Assembly: GCA_016188605.1 (NCBI GenBank)
Contig: JACPHP010000001.1
Span: forward strand, 1,327-65,326
Length of the DNA: 64,000 nt
Direction: 5' to 3'
From: Candidatus Spechtbacteria bacterium
GTDB lineage: Bacteria > Patescibacteriota > Minisyncoccia > Spechtbacterales > JACPHP01
The notes below the pieces were generated by a model that did no database searches, was not told the DNA's origin, and worked only from the letters and a program-made list of their open reading frames with translations. Below, in pieces: positions 9,996 through 19,023 of the stretch. Each line of letters opens with the position of its first letter. The stretch's first letter is position 1. A program made the translations under genes and the position numbers.

Positions 9996-10197
9996 GTAGA
10001 GCAGCTCCCTTTTTCCGCCAGAGGCGGATCAGCCTTTGGCTGAAAGGAGATGGTCGCAGGTCCGAAGGATCAGCCTTTGGCTGAAAGGAGATGGTCGCAG
10101 GTCCGAATCCTGCTGGGTGCACAAAACACTTAACTATGTAGAGCAGCTCCCTTTTTCCGCCCCGAGGTGTCTGTCCGCCTCAGAAGGGGATCAGTCT
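9996..10197 (+). pseudogene. Tandem 5'-truncated tRNA-Lys copies interrupted by double-hairpin elements
   Basis: Exact repeats of gtagagcagctccctttt and aaggagatggtcgcaggtccgaa(tcctgctgggtgcac); inserts at 10014-10043 and about 10156-10197. Confidence 0.85.
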
Positions 10198-10209
10198 AAA
10201 AGAAAAAAT

Positions 10210-10782
10210 ATGACCAAAAGAGTTTTTATAGTTCACGGCTGGGGTGGGCATCCTGAAGAAGGTTGGTTCCCTTGGCTGAAGCACGAGCTAGAAGCAAATG
10301 GTTTTGAAGCTATCGTTCCTCAGTTACCAGACGCCGACAATCCGCGCATTTACAATTGGGTGCCAAAGCTTGCCGAGATAGTCGGGGTTGCCGATGAAAA
10401 TACCTATTTTGTAGGTCACAGTATGGGTTGCCAAACCATCGCTCGCTATCTTGAAACTTTGCCCGAAGGAGTAAGGGTTGGAGGAGCGGTTTTTGTCGCG
10501 GGATTCTTTAAGCGGCTAAGCGGACTTGAGAACGACACAAACGCGAGAGTAACGGAGAGGCATTGGCTTGAGACGCCCGTTGACTTTGAAAAGATAGCGT
10601 CACACCTATCAAAAAGCATAGCTATATTTTCTGATGATGATCCTTATGTGCCGTTAGATAATCAAAATGACTTTCGCGATAAACTAGGTTCTGAAATTAT
10701 CATTCAACATAAAATGAGGCATTTTAGCGACGGGTTAACACGGCTGCCAATTGTATTGCAATCTGTGTTAAAACTTGCTTAA
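10210..10782 (+). CDS. RBBP9/YdeN family alpha/beta hydrolase
   Basis: VFIVHGWGG..WFPWL, VGHSMG, SDDDPYVP, RHF. Confidence 0.9.
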   Translation: MTKRVFIVHGWGGHPEEGWFPWLKHELEANGFEAIVPQLPDADNPRIYNWVPKLAEIVGVADENTYFVGHSMGCQTIARYLETLPEGVRVGGAVFVAGFFKRLSGLENDTNARVTERHWLETPVDFEKIASHLSKSIAIFSDDDPYVPLDNQNDFRDKLGSEIIIQHKMRHFSDGLTRLPIVLQSVLKLA

Positions 10783-10811
10783 CTCAAATAAAAAAATGGT
10801 ATAATTAGTTT

Positions 10812-11783
10812 ATGAATACACCAATCACAAACACACCGAAAGATGTATTTTTGCATCTTTTGCATATCAGCATGCTCTACGTGAGCGTGGTAAGTTTTAT
10901 AACTTTATTCTTTCAGTATATTAATTATATGTTTCCTGATCAGTTGAATTTTTATCTGATGGGAATATTGGATTCTATACATCTTTCCAGCGCTTCACTG
11001 GCAATCTCTTTTCCCGTGTACTTACTTAGCACGTGGATGATAGAAAAAGATTTTATGTCCTTTCCAGAAAAGCGTGAATTTGCTATTCGCAAATGGTTAG
11101 TTAACCTAACACTCTTTATTGCCTCAATTACGATTATAGTTGACCTGATCACGCTCATCTATACATATTTTAACGGTGAACTGACGATGAGGTTTTTTCT
11201 GAAAGTAGCGCTCGTTCTAGCAATTGCCGCGGTTGTCTTTGGATATTATATTTGGGACATGCGAATAAAAGACGAGATAAAAACCGTTCGCATGCAGATA
11301 AAACTTGGCGCCGTGTCGCTTCTAGTAGTGCTGGCGACAATCGCGTATGGTTTTATTTTGGTGGGCAGCCCAGAGCAGCAGCGTGCCAGGCGCTTTGACG
11401 ATCAGCGCGTGCAAGATTTACAGGGTATTCAAAATGAGATAGTGAATTATTGGCAACAAAAAGAAGTCTTGCCGCAAAGCTTAGATGCGCTTACAAATAG
11501 CATTTCTGGTTATAGCGCGCCAAAAGATCCTCGGACTAACGAGTTGTACGAATACGCAGTCTCTGGCGCGCTTACGTTTCAACTCTGCTCTAACTTTGAA
11601 GCCTCTACTGCGGGGCAGTCGGATCAGCGCATATATAAGCATGGTCCATACGGTCAAAATTGGAATCACGCAGTCGGCCGCGTCTGTTTTCCAAAAGAGA
11701 TTGATCCGGAACTTTATAAAACTGCAAAGCGAGGAGAAATGTTGCCTATAGATTATGTTCGGCCACCGGCAGTTGCGCAGTAA
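10812..11783 (+). CDS. Membrane protein (DUF5671-like)
   Basis: TPKDVFLHL, IRKWLVNLTLFIA, GSP..QR.RRFDDQRVQDLQ, PKDPRT. Confidence 0.75.
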   Translation: MNTPITNTPKDVFLHLLHISMLYVSVVSFITLFFQYINYMFPDQLNFYLMGILDSIHLSSASLAISFPVYLLSTWMIEKDFMSFPEKREFAIRKWLVNLTLFIASITIIVDLITLIYTYFNGELTMRFFLKVALVLAIAAVVFGYYIWDMRIKDEIKTVRMQIKLGAVSLLVVLATIAYGFILVGSPEQQRARRFDDQRVQDLQGIQNEIVNYWQQKEVLPQSLDALTNSISGYSAPKDPRTNELYEYAVSGALTFQLCSNFEASTAGQSDQRIYKHGPYGQNWNHAVGRVCFPKEIDPELYKTAKRGEMLPIDYVRPPAVAQ

Positions 11784-11787
11784 CATT

Positions 11788-12129
11788 ATGAAATTCGTTA
11801 TTCCAAACACACGCCTAAGTATCGCGAACGCGTTGCGTATGTGTGGCTATCATTTTGAGCGAGAGCACGAAAAAAGCAACGAAGTGAGCGCCGCGCGTAA
11901 TATGGGCGCTGGAGATTTTCCGCGTTTTCATGTTTATGCCACCTTGCAGAAATCATCGGAACCCGACCCATATGGTCGCAAGCAAGATTTGAATATGAAT
12001 TTGCATTTAGACCAGAAAGGAGCAAGTTATAATGGTGCAAGTGCTCACAGCGGTGAATACGAAGGTCCGCTTGTAGAGCAGGAGGCAGCGAGGATTAAAA
12101 AAGTTTTGGCAGATAGCCAAGCGCAATAA
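11788..12129 (+). CDS. Conserved hypothetical protein
   Basis: FPRFHVY, LHLDQK and HSGEYEG motifs; operon spacing. Confidence 0.7.
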   Translation: MKFVIPNTRLSIANALRMCGYHFEREHEKSNEVSAARNMGAGDFPRFHVYATLQKSSEPDPYGRKQDLNMNLHLDQKGASYNGASAHSGEYEGPLVEQEAARIKKVLADSQAQ

Positions 12130-12233
12130 GTGGGATATAATCGTGGAAAGGGGTTACTATGCAGCTTCTTGTTAAAAACGGTGTTTTGTTTTATTATCTT
12201 AAATCCAAGAATATGCCGAGAAAGGAGGCCGAC

Positions 12234-12842
12234 GTGGCTTATAAGCCGGAGATTGAGCGTAAGTTCCTAGTGCGTTCTTTTCCAATTGAAGTATTGCGAG
12301 GACGAGAATGTTACTGGATCCAGCAGGCGTATCCAAGATTTAAGCGTGGAATTAGAGTAAGGGAGAAATTGCGTAATCCCTACATACAACCCCCCGCATC
12401 TATTAGTTCTGTGCCAGATGGGCCAACTATAATAAGCGAGGAGTGGCAGGGAACTATTACTATGAAGGCGCGCGCTAATAACAATGATTGGCGTACGCAA
12501 ATTGAATGCGAAAGCCCTATTGATCTTGAATTTGTTCGGGAATTTAGCAAAGGCGCTCCGGGCGTGCGCAAGGCGCGCTATGTTATTGGGCGTTTTGAAT
12601 TGGACATTTACACCAGTCCACAATTGCGTGGGCTTGTGGTTATGGAAATAGAGCTTAAAAATGCAGCCGAGCAAGTTTATATTCCCGATGGCTTTGACGT
12701 AGTTGAGGTAACAGAGGACCAACGATTTCGCAGCGCGAGCCTCGCTAGATTAAAAACCAGGAAAGCGATGTTGGAATTATTGCGAAAATACGGAATTGCG
12801 TTGAAGGAGGATGGCCAGAATGACAGGGCAAATAACCGTTAA
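12234..12842 (+). CDS. CYTH domain protein
   Basis: EIERKFLV, IRVR, KARY, ELDIY, MEIEL, EVTEDQRF; AAGGAGG precedes GTG 12234. Confidence 0.88.
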   Translation: MAYKPEIERKFLVRSFPIEVLRGRECYWIQQAYPRFKRGIRVREKLRNPYIQPPASISSVPDGPTIISEEWQGTITMKARANNNDWRTQIECESPIDLEFVREFSKGAPGVRKARYVIGRFELDIYTSPQLRGLVVMEIELKNAAEQVYIPDGFDVVEVTEDQRFRSASLARLKTRKAMLELLRKYGIALKEDGQNDRANNR

Positions 12843-14034
12843 CGGTTTGAATGAAGGCATTGCGCGTATAAGCCAGTCTATCGGTAATTATGCAATACAA
12901 AAAACAAATCCTCTTATTGTGGGCATTGCCGGCGCTTCGGGTTCCGGAAAAACCGTATTAAGCAAACTTTTGCAACAGGCATGGCCTGGTTCTGCCATAC
13001 TTGCAGCCGATGACTATTTCTACGGCAAAAGGTATATGCGCAAGCATAATCTAGTTAGTTTTGACGATCCAAACTGTGTCAACTTGCAACTAATAGCAGA
13101 GCATCTAGCATCTCTCAAGAGAGGAGAGGCTATACAAAAATCAATCTATTCTTTTAATACGGGTGAGCCGGAAGATGATTTGGTATCTTTTGCTTGCGCC
13201 CCGATAATTTTCGTAGAAGGTATATTTGTCCTCATGGAACCAACACGGAGCATGCTTGACTTGACGGTTTTTGTTGAAGCGGGAGTACACGGGACGTTTT
13301 GGCGGCGCATTGTGCGCGATATTGAGCGAACTCGTCAAAGTCCCCTCGATATCGCCGGTGTGTTTATTAATAACGTTTATCCTGCATATAAAAAATTTAT
13401 TCTTCCGACGCGAGAGTGTGCGCAGATAATTGTAATAAATGACATGTTTCCGGGTGAAATGCAAAAAATCTTAAGCATGCAATACCAATTAAGGGGGTGT
13501 ATAGCATCTCCCTATGATGCGGGGGAGTACAATAGGATTCTCGGTATTCTTGCCGCCGCAGGATTTAAGAGTGAGAAAAAAGTTCTTCAGCATGATAAAT
13601 GGCTGGTTCCCCCGAGCAACTACGATATATCTGACGAGGAATTGATACGCGTTCGCGCTGAGTATTTGCAGCTAGACACAGCACATCAACACCTTACTCT
13701 TACATACAAAACTCCGGCCGACTCTTCCCCAAGAGGGGTATTGGAATTTTCCATTACTTCCGAAATCATAGATGGTTTAATCGCTCTGGGATACAGAAGC
13801 GGAAGAAGAAGGCTTAAAAAAGAAAGGGTTATGTATCATAAAAAAGGTATAAATAATTATGAGATAGCGCTTGATTCTTTTATTACGAACGACGATATTG
13901 TGCATTTATGGCTTGAAGTTCGTGGTGATACAATTGACGATTTGCATCAATGCCTTAAATTGTTAAGTAATTTAGGAGTGCAACAAAGTAAATTCGTCGC
14001 TACTTCTTATAGAAGTATAATCGCGTTAATTTAA
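12820..14034 (+). CDS. Uridine kinase-like P-loop kinase fused to a C-terminal CYTH-like domain
   Basis: VGIAGASGSGKT, DDYF, FDDP, VEGIF, RRIVRD; then Q.D.W, IRVR, LTYK, KKERVMY, LEV. Confidence 0.8.
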   Translation: MTGQITVNGLNEGIARISQSIGNYAIQKTNPLIVGIAGASGSGKTVLSKLLQQAWPGSAILAADDYFYGKRYMRKHNLVSFDDPNCVNLQLIAEHLASLKRGEAIQKSIYSFNTGEPEDDLVSFACAPIIFVEGIFVLMEPTRSMLDLTVFVEAGVHGTFWRRIVRDIERTRQSPLDIAGVFINNVYPAYKKFILPTRECAQIIVINDMFPGEMQKILSMQYQLRGCIASPYDAGEYNRILGILAAAGFKSEKKVLQHDKWLVPPSNYDISDEELIRVRAEYLQLDTAHQHLTLTYKTPADSSPRGVLEFSITSEIIDGLIALGYRSGRRRLKKERVMYHKKGINNYEIALDSFITNDDIVHLWLEVRGDTIDDLHQCLKLLSNLGVQQSKFVATSYRSIIALI

Positions 14035-14047
14035 TTTCTTAAAGAAA

Positions 14048-14135
14048 AAAAGCGTCCCGCAAGGCAGGACGCTTTTATAGTATCTCTAACTAATCTATTC
14101 GGCAAAAAAGGGCTACCGGGTAGCCCCTTTTTGCC
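14048..14135. terminator. Two hairpins between convergent genes
   Basis: aaaagcgtcc..ggacgctttt and ggcaaaaaagggctac-cgg-gtagccccttttttgcc. Confidence 0.75.
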
Positions 14136-14176
14136 ACTGCGAGCAGTTTACCCTGCTTGCCCCTAATAGAATGTTA

Positions 14177-15139
14177 TTACTTTAGTATTGCTCCAATTAT
14201 CTGCGAATGTCCTCGGAGGAATTCTTGCGCGCTCTGTTCTTTTTTTCCTTCGTACTGAACTAGAACAGGAATTAAAATATTAGCGCCTGCTTGTATCGCT
14301 AAAGTATTTTCAAAAGCAATAACTTTTCCCGGCTCTAAATTTTCTTGTTGTGAGTTTGCGACGCGCGCGGAATGAATAATAATTCGCTTGCCATCCCAAA
14401 GCGTAAAAGTACCGGGCCAGGGAGTATATGCGCGAACCATTCGTTCAATTTCTTCCGCGGATTTATTCCAATCAATACGCGCGTTTTCTTTGGAAACGGG
14501 TTTGCAAAATACAGCCTTTTCGTGATCCTGTTCTATCGGAGTAATTCTGCCCTCAAGCCATTCTGGGATAGTTTCAAGCAATAATTCCGCGCTAAAGTTC
14601 GCAAGCTCCATAGATAGGCTCTCTGTGGTTGCGTCGACCGCTATAGGCCATTTTTTTTGCGCAAGAACAGGTCCGTGATCCATCCGCGCGTCCATCAGTA
14701 TTATAGAGGCACCTGTTTCTTTATCTCCGGCAAGAATCGCGCTTTGAATGGGGGAGGCGCCTCGCCATCGCGGCAGAAGCGATGGATGTACGTTTAGCGT
14801 GCCATACTTAGGAATTTTTAAAATTTCTTTCGGTAAAATTTTTCCGTACGCGGCGACAATGAATAAATCAGCCCGCGCAGGAAGGACCGACCCTCCGCGG
14901 AGGGTCGGTCCTTCCTGCAACTCCTTGCGCGTTGCGGGTTGAAAAACAGGGATGCTCAATTTTTCCGCATACAACTTTACCGGCGGCGGGTTGAGTATCT
15001 GTTTTCGTCCAGCAGGCATGTCGGGTGTCGTCACAATGAAAGCAGGCTTGTATGGTGATGCATCAAGGCGCTCCAAAACAATTGCCGCGAATTCCGGTGT
15101 GCCGAAGAATACAATAGATAAATTAGTATTATTTTTCAT
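14177..15139 (-). CDS. fmt: Methionyl-tRNA formyltransferase
   Basis: FFGTPEFA, VAAYG, NVHPSLLPRWRGASPIQ, MDHGP. Confidence 0.96.
   Translation of the reverse strand: MKNNTNLSIVFFGTPEFAAIVLERLDASPYKPAFIVTTPDMPAGRKQILNPPPVKLYAEKLSIPVFQPATRKELQEGPTLRGGSVLPARADLFIVAAYGKILPKEILKIPKYGTLNVHPSLLPRWRGASPIQSAILAGDKETGASIILMDARMDHGPVLAQKKWPIAVDATTESLSMELANFSAELLLETIPEWLEGRITPIEQDHEKAVFCKPVSKENARIDWNKSAEEIERMVRAYTPWPGTFTLWDGKRIIIHSARVANSQQENLEPGKVIAFENTLAIQAGANILIPVLVQYEGKKEQSAQEFLRGHSQIIGAILK
14877..14918. repeat. Perfect 42-bp palindrome, in frame in fmt
   Basis: gcaggaaggaccgaccctccg|cggagggtcggtccttcctgc. Confidence 0.9.
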
Positions 15140-15626
15140 GTAAGCGATCAATAAACAGCGTCCCATTTAAGTGATCGGTCTCATGCTGAAATATGCGAGC
15201 TAGAAGCCCCTCCACGGTAACGCGAAACCTCTGGCCTTTTTCGTTTTGCGCTTCAATAGTCACTCGACCGGAACGCGGCAGAGGATGGAAAATGCCGCGA
15301 ACGCTAAGGCACCCCTCTTCCTCAATCTCTTTTTTAGAAGAATAGTCTGATAGTTTTGGATTAAAGAAAATAGTTGCGCGGAATGGCTTGAATAAAGATG
15401 AGGGTATGCACAGAGAACGAACCATGGGCGCTACTTCTTTTGGTATTACAAATATTGTCAAACTTTCGTTAATTTGCGGCGCGGCCAGCCCAAGGCCTTC
15501 TTGCTGGATAAGCGTATCTTCCATGTCTTTCAGCAGAACTTTTAATTTGGGATCGTTAAAATTAGACACGAGCTGTGCCTTTTGTCGTAATGTAGGATGT
15601 GGTTCCTGGATTACGGGACGGATCAT
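15129..15626 (-). CDS. def: Peptide deformylase
   Basis: GLGLAAPQI, EGCLS, QHETDHLNG. Confidence 0.97.
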   Translation of the reverse strand: MIRPVIQEPHPTLRQKAQLVSNFNDPKLKVLLKDMEDTLIQQEGLGLAAPQINESLTIFVIPKEVAPMVRSLCIPSSLFKPFRATIFFNPKLSDYSSKKEIEEEGCLSVRGIFHPLPRSGRVTIEAQNEKGQRFRVTVEGLLARIFQHETDHLNGTLFIDRLHEK

Positions 15627-15632
15627 AACTAA

Positions 15633-15785
15633 AATTTTGAATTTTTAATTTCGAATTTTGAATAAATTTTGAATGACTGAAATTAGAAGAATTATCATCT
15701 TTATCATCAAAAAGTTATATATTAGCGCTAGATAGCACGTGTTTCAAAATTAAATAATTCTAATTTTATTCAAAATTCAAAATTC
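15633..15785. repeat. Inverted heptad array (AATTTTG family)
   Basis: aattttg aattttt aatttcg aattttg ... caaaatt caaaatt. Confidence 0.75.
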
Positions 15786-17749
15786 TAAATTAAATCTATC
15801 GGATCTACGTCAATGTCCCAACCTTTTGGCAAAATGTCAAGCAGGCGGTTGCGCGCTTCTATCTCCACAGGATCTCCAAGCCGCGCGACAGGCCATTTTA
15901 CTATAATATACCACAAGAACCAGTTATTAACTTTAGGAACGAATGCGGGCGAAGGACCTAGCAGTTGAACTGCTGGCATCACCGAAGGATAATCTTTGGC
16001 TAGATATTTAATTTGCGTCTCCAGGCGTTTTTTTGTTGTAAGCACATCTTGTTGAGCGCGATTACTATCCTTATGTTCGTACGCTAGACGTATTATTTGG
16101 GAAAAAGGAGGCCATTTTAGCATCTTGCGCAAGGGGATTTCCTGCCGCGCAAATTCATTCCATTTGTTTTGCATCGCAAGCTGTAGCACCGGCGCTTCAG
16201 GGTGGTATGTCTGCACAGCATATTCTTTTGCGCACATAGCGCGTAATTTTTGCACAATATCAAACACGCGTTCGCCCATGCGATAATCAGGAAGGCTCAA
16301 AAGAGGATCTATGGAAATAATGGCGGAATACGCAACAGGCGAATAGGCGAGCGGCTTTAGCGAGAAGTGTGTACCGATTAGCACGTCATATTTTCCCTCA
16401 TTGAAATCCTTGATAATTTCTCGCTGGGCTTCAAAGGTTTGGGCGGCGTCAGAGTCGATCCTGCACACCTTTAATTCTGGAAAAAGAATTTCTATTTCTT
16501 CTTGAACTTTTTGTGTTCCTCCGCCCATATATTTTATGCGGTCGCTTTGGCATTTGGGGCAGACTGTTGGAGGGGTATCGCGCTTGCCGCATCTGTGGCA
16601 GACAAGCCTTCGACACGGCTCAGGCCAGGGCATATGAATGTTATTAGAGCGATGATAAACCATTGGCACGGAGCATTCGGTGCAGAAAATTATATGCCCG
16701 CAGTCACGGCACAAAAGCCCCGAAGCAAATCCTTTGCGATGAATAAAAAGGGTAACCCGACCACCCTTTTTATTCGCGTCAGCGAGCCAGTTTTGAACTT
16801 GCTTGCTAAGTATTGAGAAATTCTTTTCTTTCAGCTCGTTTCTCATATCAATAAGAAGCGGCTTTGGTGAAAGTCTTGGTGTGGTCGAAGATATGTTCCA
16901 ATTTCTCACCAGAGCTGTGTGCTGTATTTCAATGGTGGGACACTCAGATCCTAAGGTTAAACTAATTCCAAAATGATCATGCAGCCATAACATAGCGCGG
17001 ACACTGTTTGTATGCGGGTTTTGATCCCACGAAGTATGAGAGGGGTCTTGAGGATTTTCTATTAGTGCTTGGGAAAGATCTGCAAAAGGCATCAAAGATG
17101 CAAGTCTAGTGCCAGCTAATTTTAATGATTCACCTCGCCGGGCGCGGAGCCATAGATCTCTTTGTTTTGTTGCTCCAAGGCCGCTGTACAATACCTCCAG
17201 TTTGTCCAACTGCTTTGCTAGCGCAGACAGAGTAACAAGATCCGGCATTAAAAAAAGAGCTTGTCCCCTCCTACCGCTAGCTAGAATTTTTTTATACTCG
17301 TTGACTCGCCCCGCGCCTAAAATCAGCATACCGTGGAGCTTGCCCTGAGTGGAATCGGAGGGTTTCTTTCTATATTTTATTTTGTTGGGCAAATCTAATG
17401 CAAGCGATGGCTTCTTCAGTATTGAGCTTGGGATCATGCGTTTTATTACCGTGCCAAGCGAGGCGTAGTAATAGTCGGATAACCAACGGGCAAATTGCAG
17501 ATATTCTTCAGGCAAAATGTGTTGAGAAACAATCGAAAAAATTGATTTTAGCGGAAAGGGAGAGTTTTTTATCTCCATGCGCGCGTCTTGTACATCGCGG
17601 CAGGCAAATACGATGCCGAGCGTTTTGCGTCTATTTAGCGGCACTTCAACAAGCTGACCAACGGAGACGGAGTTGCGCGAAAAATAGTCCAGAATCTGGC
17701 TCGCGGGACGAGGTATTGAATTAAGTGGAGCAATTGAAACGATAAACAT
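15785..17749 (-). CDS. priA: Primosomal protein N' with degenerate ATPase motifs
   Basis: GQLVEVP, four CxxC pairs, GTQKVQEE, RIDSD, LPDYR..ER, VQTYHPE, WPPF, IDVDP. Confidence 0.9.
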   Translation of the reverse strand: MFIVSIAPLNSIPRPASQILDYFSRNSVSVGQLVEVPLNRRKTLGIVFACRDVQDARMEIKNSPFPLKSIFSIVSQHILPEEYLQFARWLSDYYYASLGTVIKRMIPSSILKKPSLALDLPNKIKYRKKPSDSTQGKLHGMLILGAGRVNEYKKILASGRRGQALFLMPDLVTLSALAKQLDKLEVLYSGLGATKQRDLWLRARRGESLKLAGTRLASLMPFADLSQALIENPQDPSHTSWDQNPHTNSVRAMLWLHDHFGISLTLGSECPTIEIQHTALVRNWNISSTTPRLSPKPLLIDMRNELKEKNFSILSKQVQNWLADANKKGGRVTLFIHRKGFASGLLCRDCGHIIFCTECSVPMVYHRSNNIHMPWPEPCRRLVCHRCGKRDTPPTVCPKCQSDRIKYMGGGTQKVQEEIEILFPELKVCRIDSDAAQTFEAQREIIKDFNEGKYDVLIGTHFSLKPLAYSPVAYSAIISIDPLLSLPDYRMGERVFDIVQKLRAMCAKEYAVQTYHPEAPVLQLAMQNKWNEFARQEIPLRKMLKWPPFSQIIRLAYEHKDSNRAQQDVLTTKKRLETQIKYLAKDYPSVMPAVQLLGPSPAFVPKVNNWFLWYIIVKWPVARLGDPVEIEARNRLLDILPKGWDIDVDPIDLI

Positions 17750-17768
17750 GGTATAATGAATATAATGA

Positions 17769-17889
17769 CAAATTTCAAATACTAAATATCAAATCAATGT
17801 CAAAAACTTAATGCCAAAAACTATATTGTAGTTTTAAGTTTTTGTCCTTCGGCATTCATTTAACATTTGAAATTTGGATTTTGAAATTT
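17769..17889. repeat. Inverted heptad array (CAAATKT family)
   Basis: caaattt caaatac taaatat caaatca ... acatttg aaatttg gattttg aaattt. Confidence 0.75.
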
Positions 17890-17895
17890 ATTTTT

Positions 17896-18606
17896 ATGTC
17901 TAGCAAAGCAGTCAATATTTTAGGCGTGCGCGTAGACAATCTCTCCCTTAGCGAGGCTCTCTTACGCGCTGAGGATTTGCTTGAAAGTGGTGGCGCTCAT
18001 TACATTGTAACACCCAACCCGGAAATTGTTCTGCGGGCTTATCGCGACTCTAGACTACGCGAAATTCTCAACAATGCTTCAATGTCGCTGTGCGATGGAA
18101 TGGGTGTTTTTCTTGCGGGAATGTTAAATGGCAAAAGATTTACGCAGCGTATTACGGGAGTGGATTTTATGGACGCGCTTTGCCACAGGGCGGCGGAAAA
18201 AAAGTGGCGAGTTGCATTTGTCGGCGCTTCTAGCGATGTGAGAGAAAACCTTTGCGCGCATTATCAACAAATGCACCCCGCTAGTTTTTTTCAATCACTC
18301 GCAGATGAGATGATGAACAAACCAGTTGATGCCGATATCATATTTGTAGCGCTTGGCGCGCCGAAACAAGAAGAATGGATGGTGGTCAGACAGAAATCTT
18401 TTGATGCGCGTGGAGTAATGGTAGGTGTCGGCGGCGCATTTGATATATTAGCAGGTTCACTGCCAAGAGCGCCACAGAGCATGCGTTCGCTCGGACTCGA
18501 ATGGTTGTGGCGGATTTTCCTTCAGCCTTGGCGCATTAAGCGCGTAGTAAATGCGGTTATTGTTTTTCCGATTGTGTACAGTATAAATATTTTGAAAAAT
18601 CTGTGA
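17896..18606 (+). CDS. WecB/TagA/CpsF family glycosyltransferase
   Basis: ILGVRVD, IVTPNPE, RITGVD, VALGAPKQEEW, GVGGAFD, GLEWLWR. Confidence 0.93.
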   Translation: MSSKAVNILGVRVDNLSLSEALLRAEDLLESGGAHYIVTPNPEIVLRAYRDSRLREILNNASMSLCDGMGVFLAGMLNGKRFTQRITGVDFMDALCHRAAEKKWRVAFVGASSDVRENLCAHYQQMHPASFFQSLADEMMNKPVDADIIFVALGAPKQEEWMVVRQKSFDARGVMVGVGGAFDILAGSLPRAPQSMRSLGLEWLWRIFLQPWRIKRVVNAVIVFPIVYSINILKNL

Positions 18607-18683
18607 TATAATGAAAGGGTATTTTAAAATTTATTACCCGCTAATATTCGAAGTCGTCGAATGAACGCGGGACGACAAACAAT

Positions 18684-18926
18684 ATGACACTATTTGTTGT
18701 ACTATTGGTGATCTTAATCGCCGCAGGCGCCGCGTATTACTATTTTTTTATGAAGAGAGAGGAGGGTGGCGGCGACAACATGGGTGGAGGAACAATGCCC
18801 CCAGGCCAGATGGAATCTCATGAGACGGGACATGATATGAGCAATATGGGCGGAATGGCGCACGACGACAAGGTGGAAGATAAAATGGAGGATGAGAACA
18901 CGCGGGACGGAGGAATGAATTCGTAA
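18684..18926 (+). CDS. Small membrane-anchored protein with a Met/Gly/acidic tail
   Basis: N-terminal TM; flanked by its own promoter-like site and terminator. Confidence 0.65.
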   Translation: MTLFVVLLVILIAAGAAYYYFFMKREEGGGDNMGGGTMPPGQMESHETGHDMSNMGGMAHDDKVEDKMEDENTRDGGMNS

Positions 18927-18932
18927 TTAGTA

Positions 18933-18965
18933 ATGAAAAATCACCATGCTATGGTGATTTTTCAT
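18933..18965. terminator. Intrinsic terminator-like hairpin
   Basis: atgaaaaatcaccat-gct-atggtgatttttcat. Confidence 0.7.
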
Positions 18966-19023
18966 TTGAAAAAACAAGGTTTGTATGCTATAAAAAGGAT
19001 ATTATCTCTATAGAGATAATAAA

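Noticed and set aside
10014..10043. tRNA intron
   Set aside because: The host copy lacks the 5' acceptor strand, and the insert is a dispersed repeat found at non-tRNA sites.
9925..10200. CRISPR-like repeats
   Set aside because: The repeats are tRNA-Lys fragments, with no unique regular spacers and no cas genes.
10036..10209. N-terminal extension of the YdeN hydrolase, and similar extensions at 17842, 20003 and 23095
   Set aside because: Read-through of repeat DNA from alternative starts; family homology begins at the downstream ATG.
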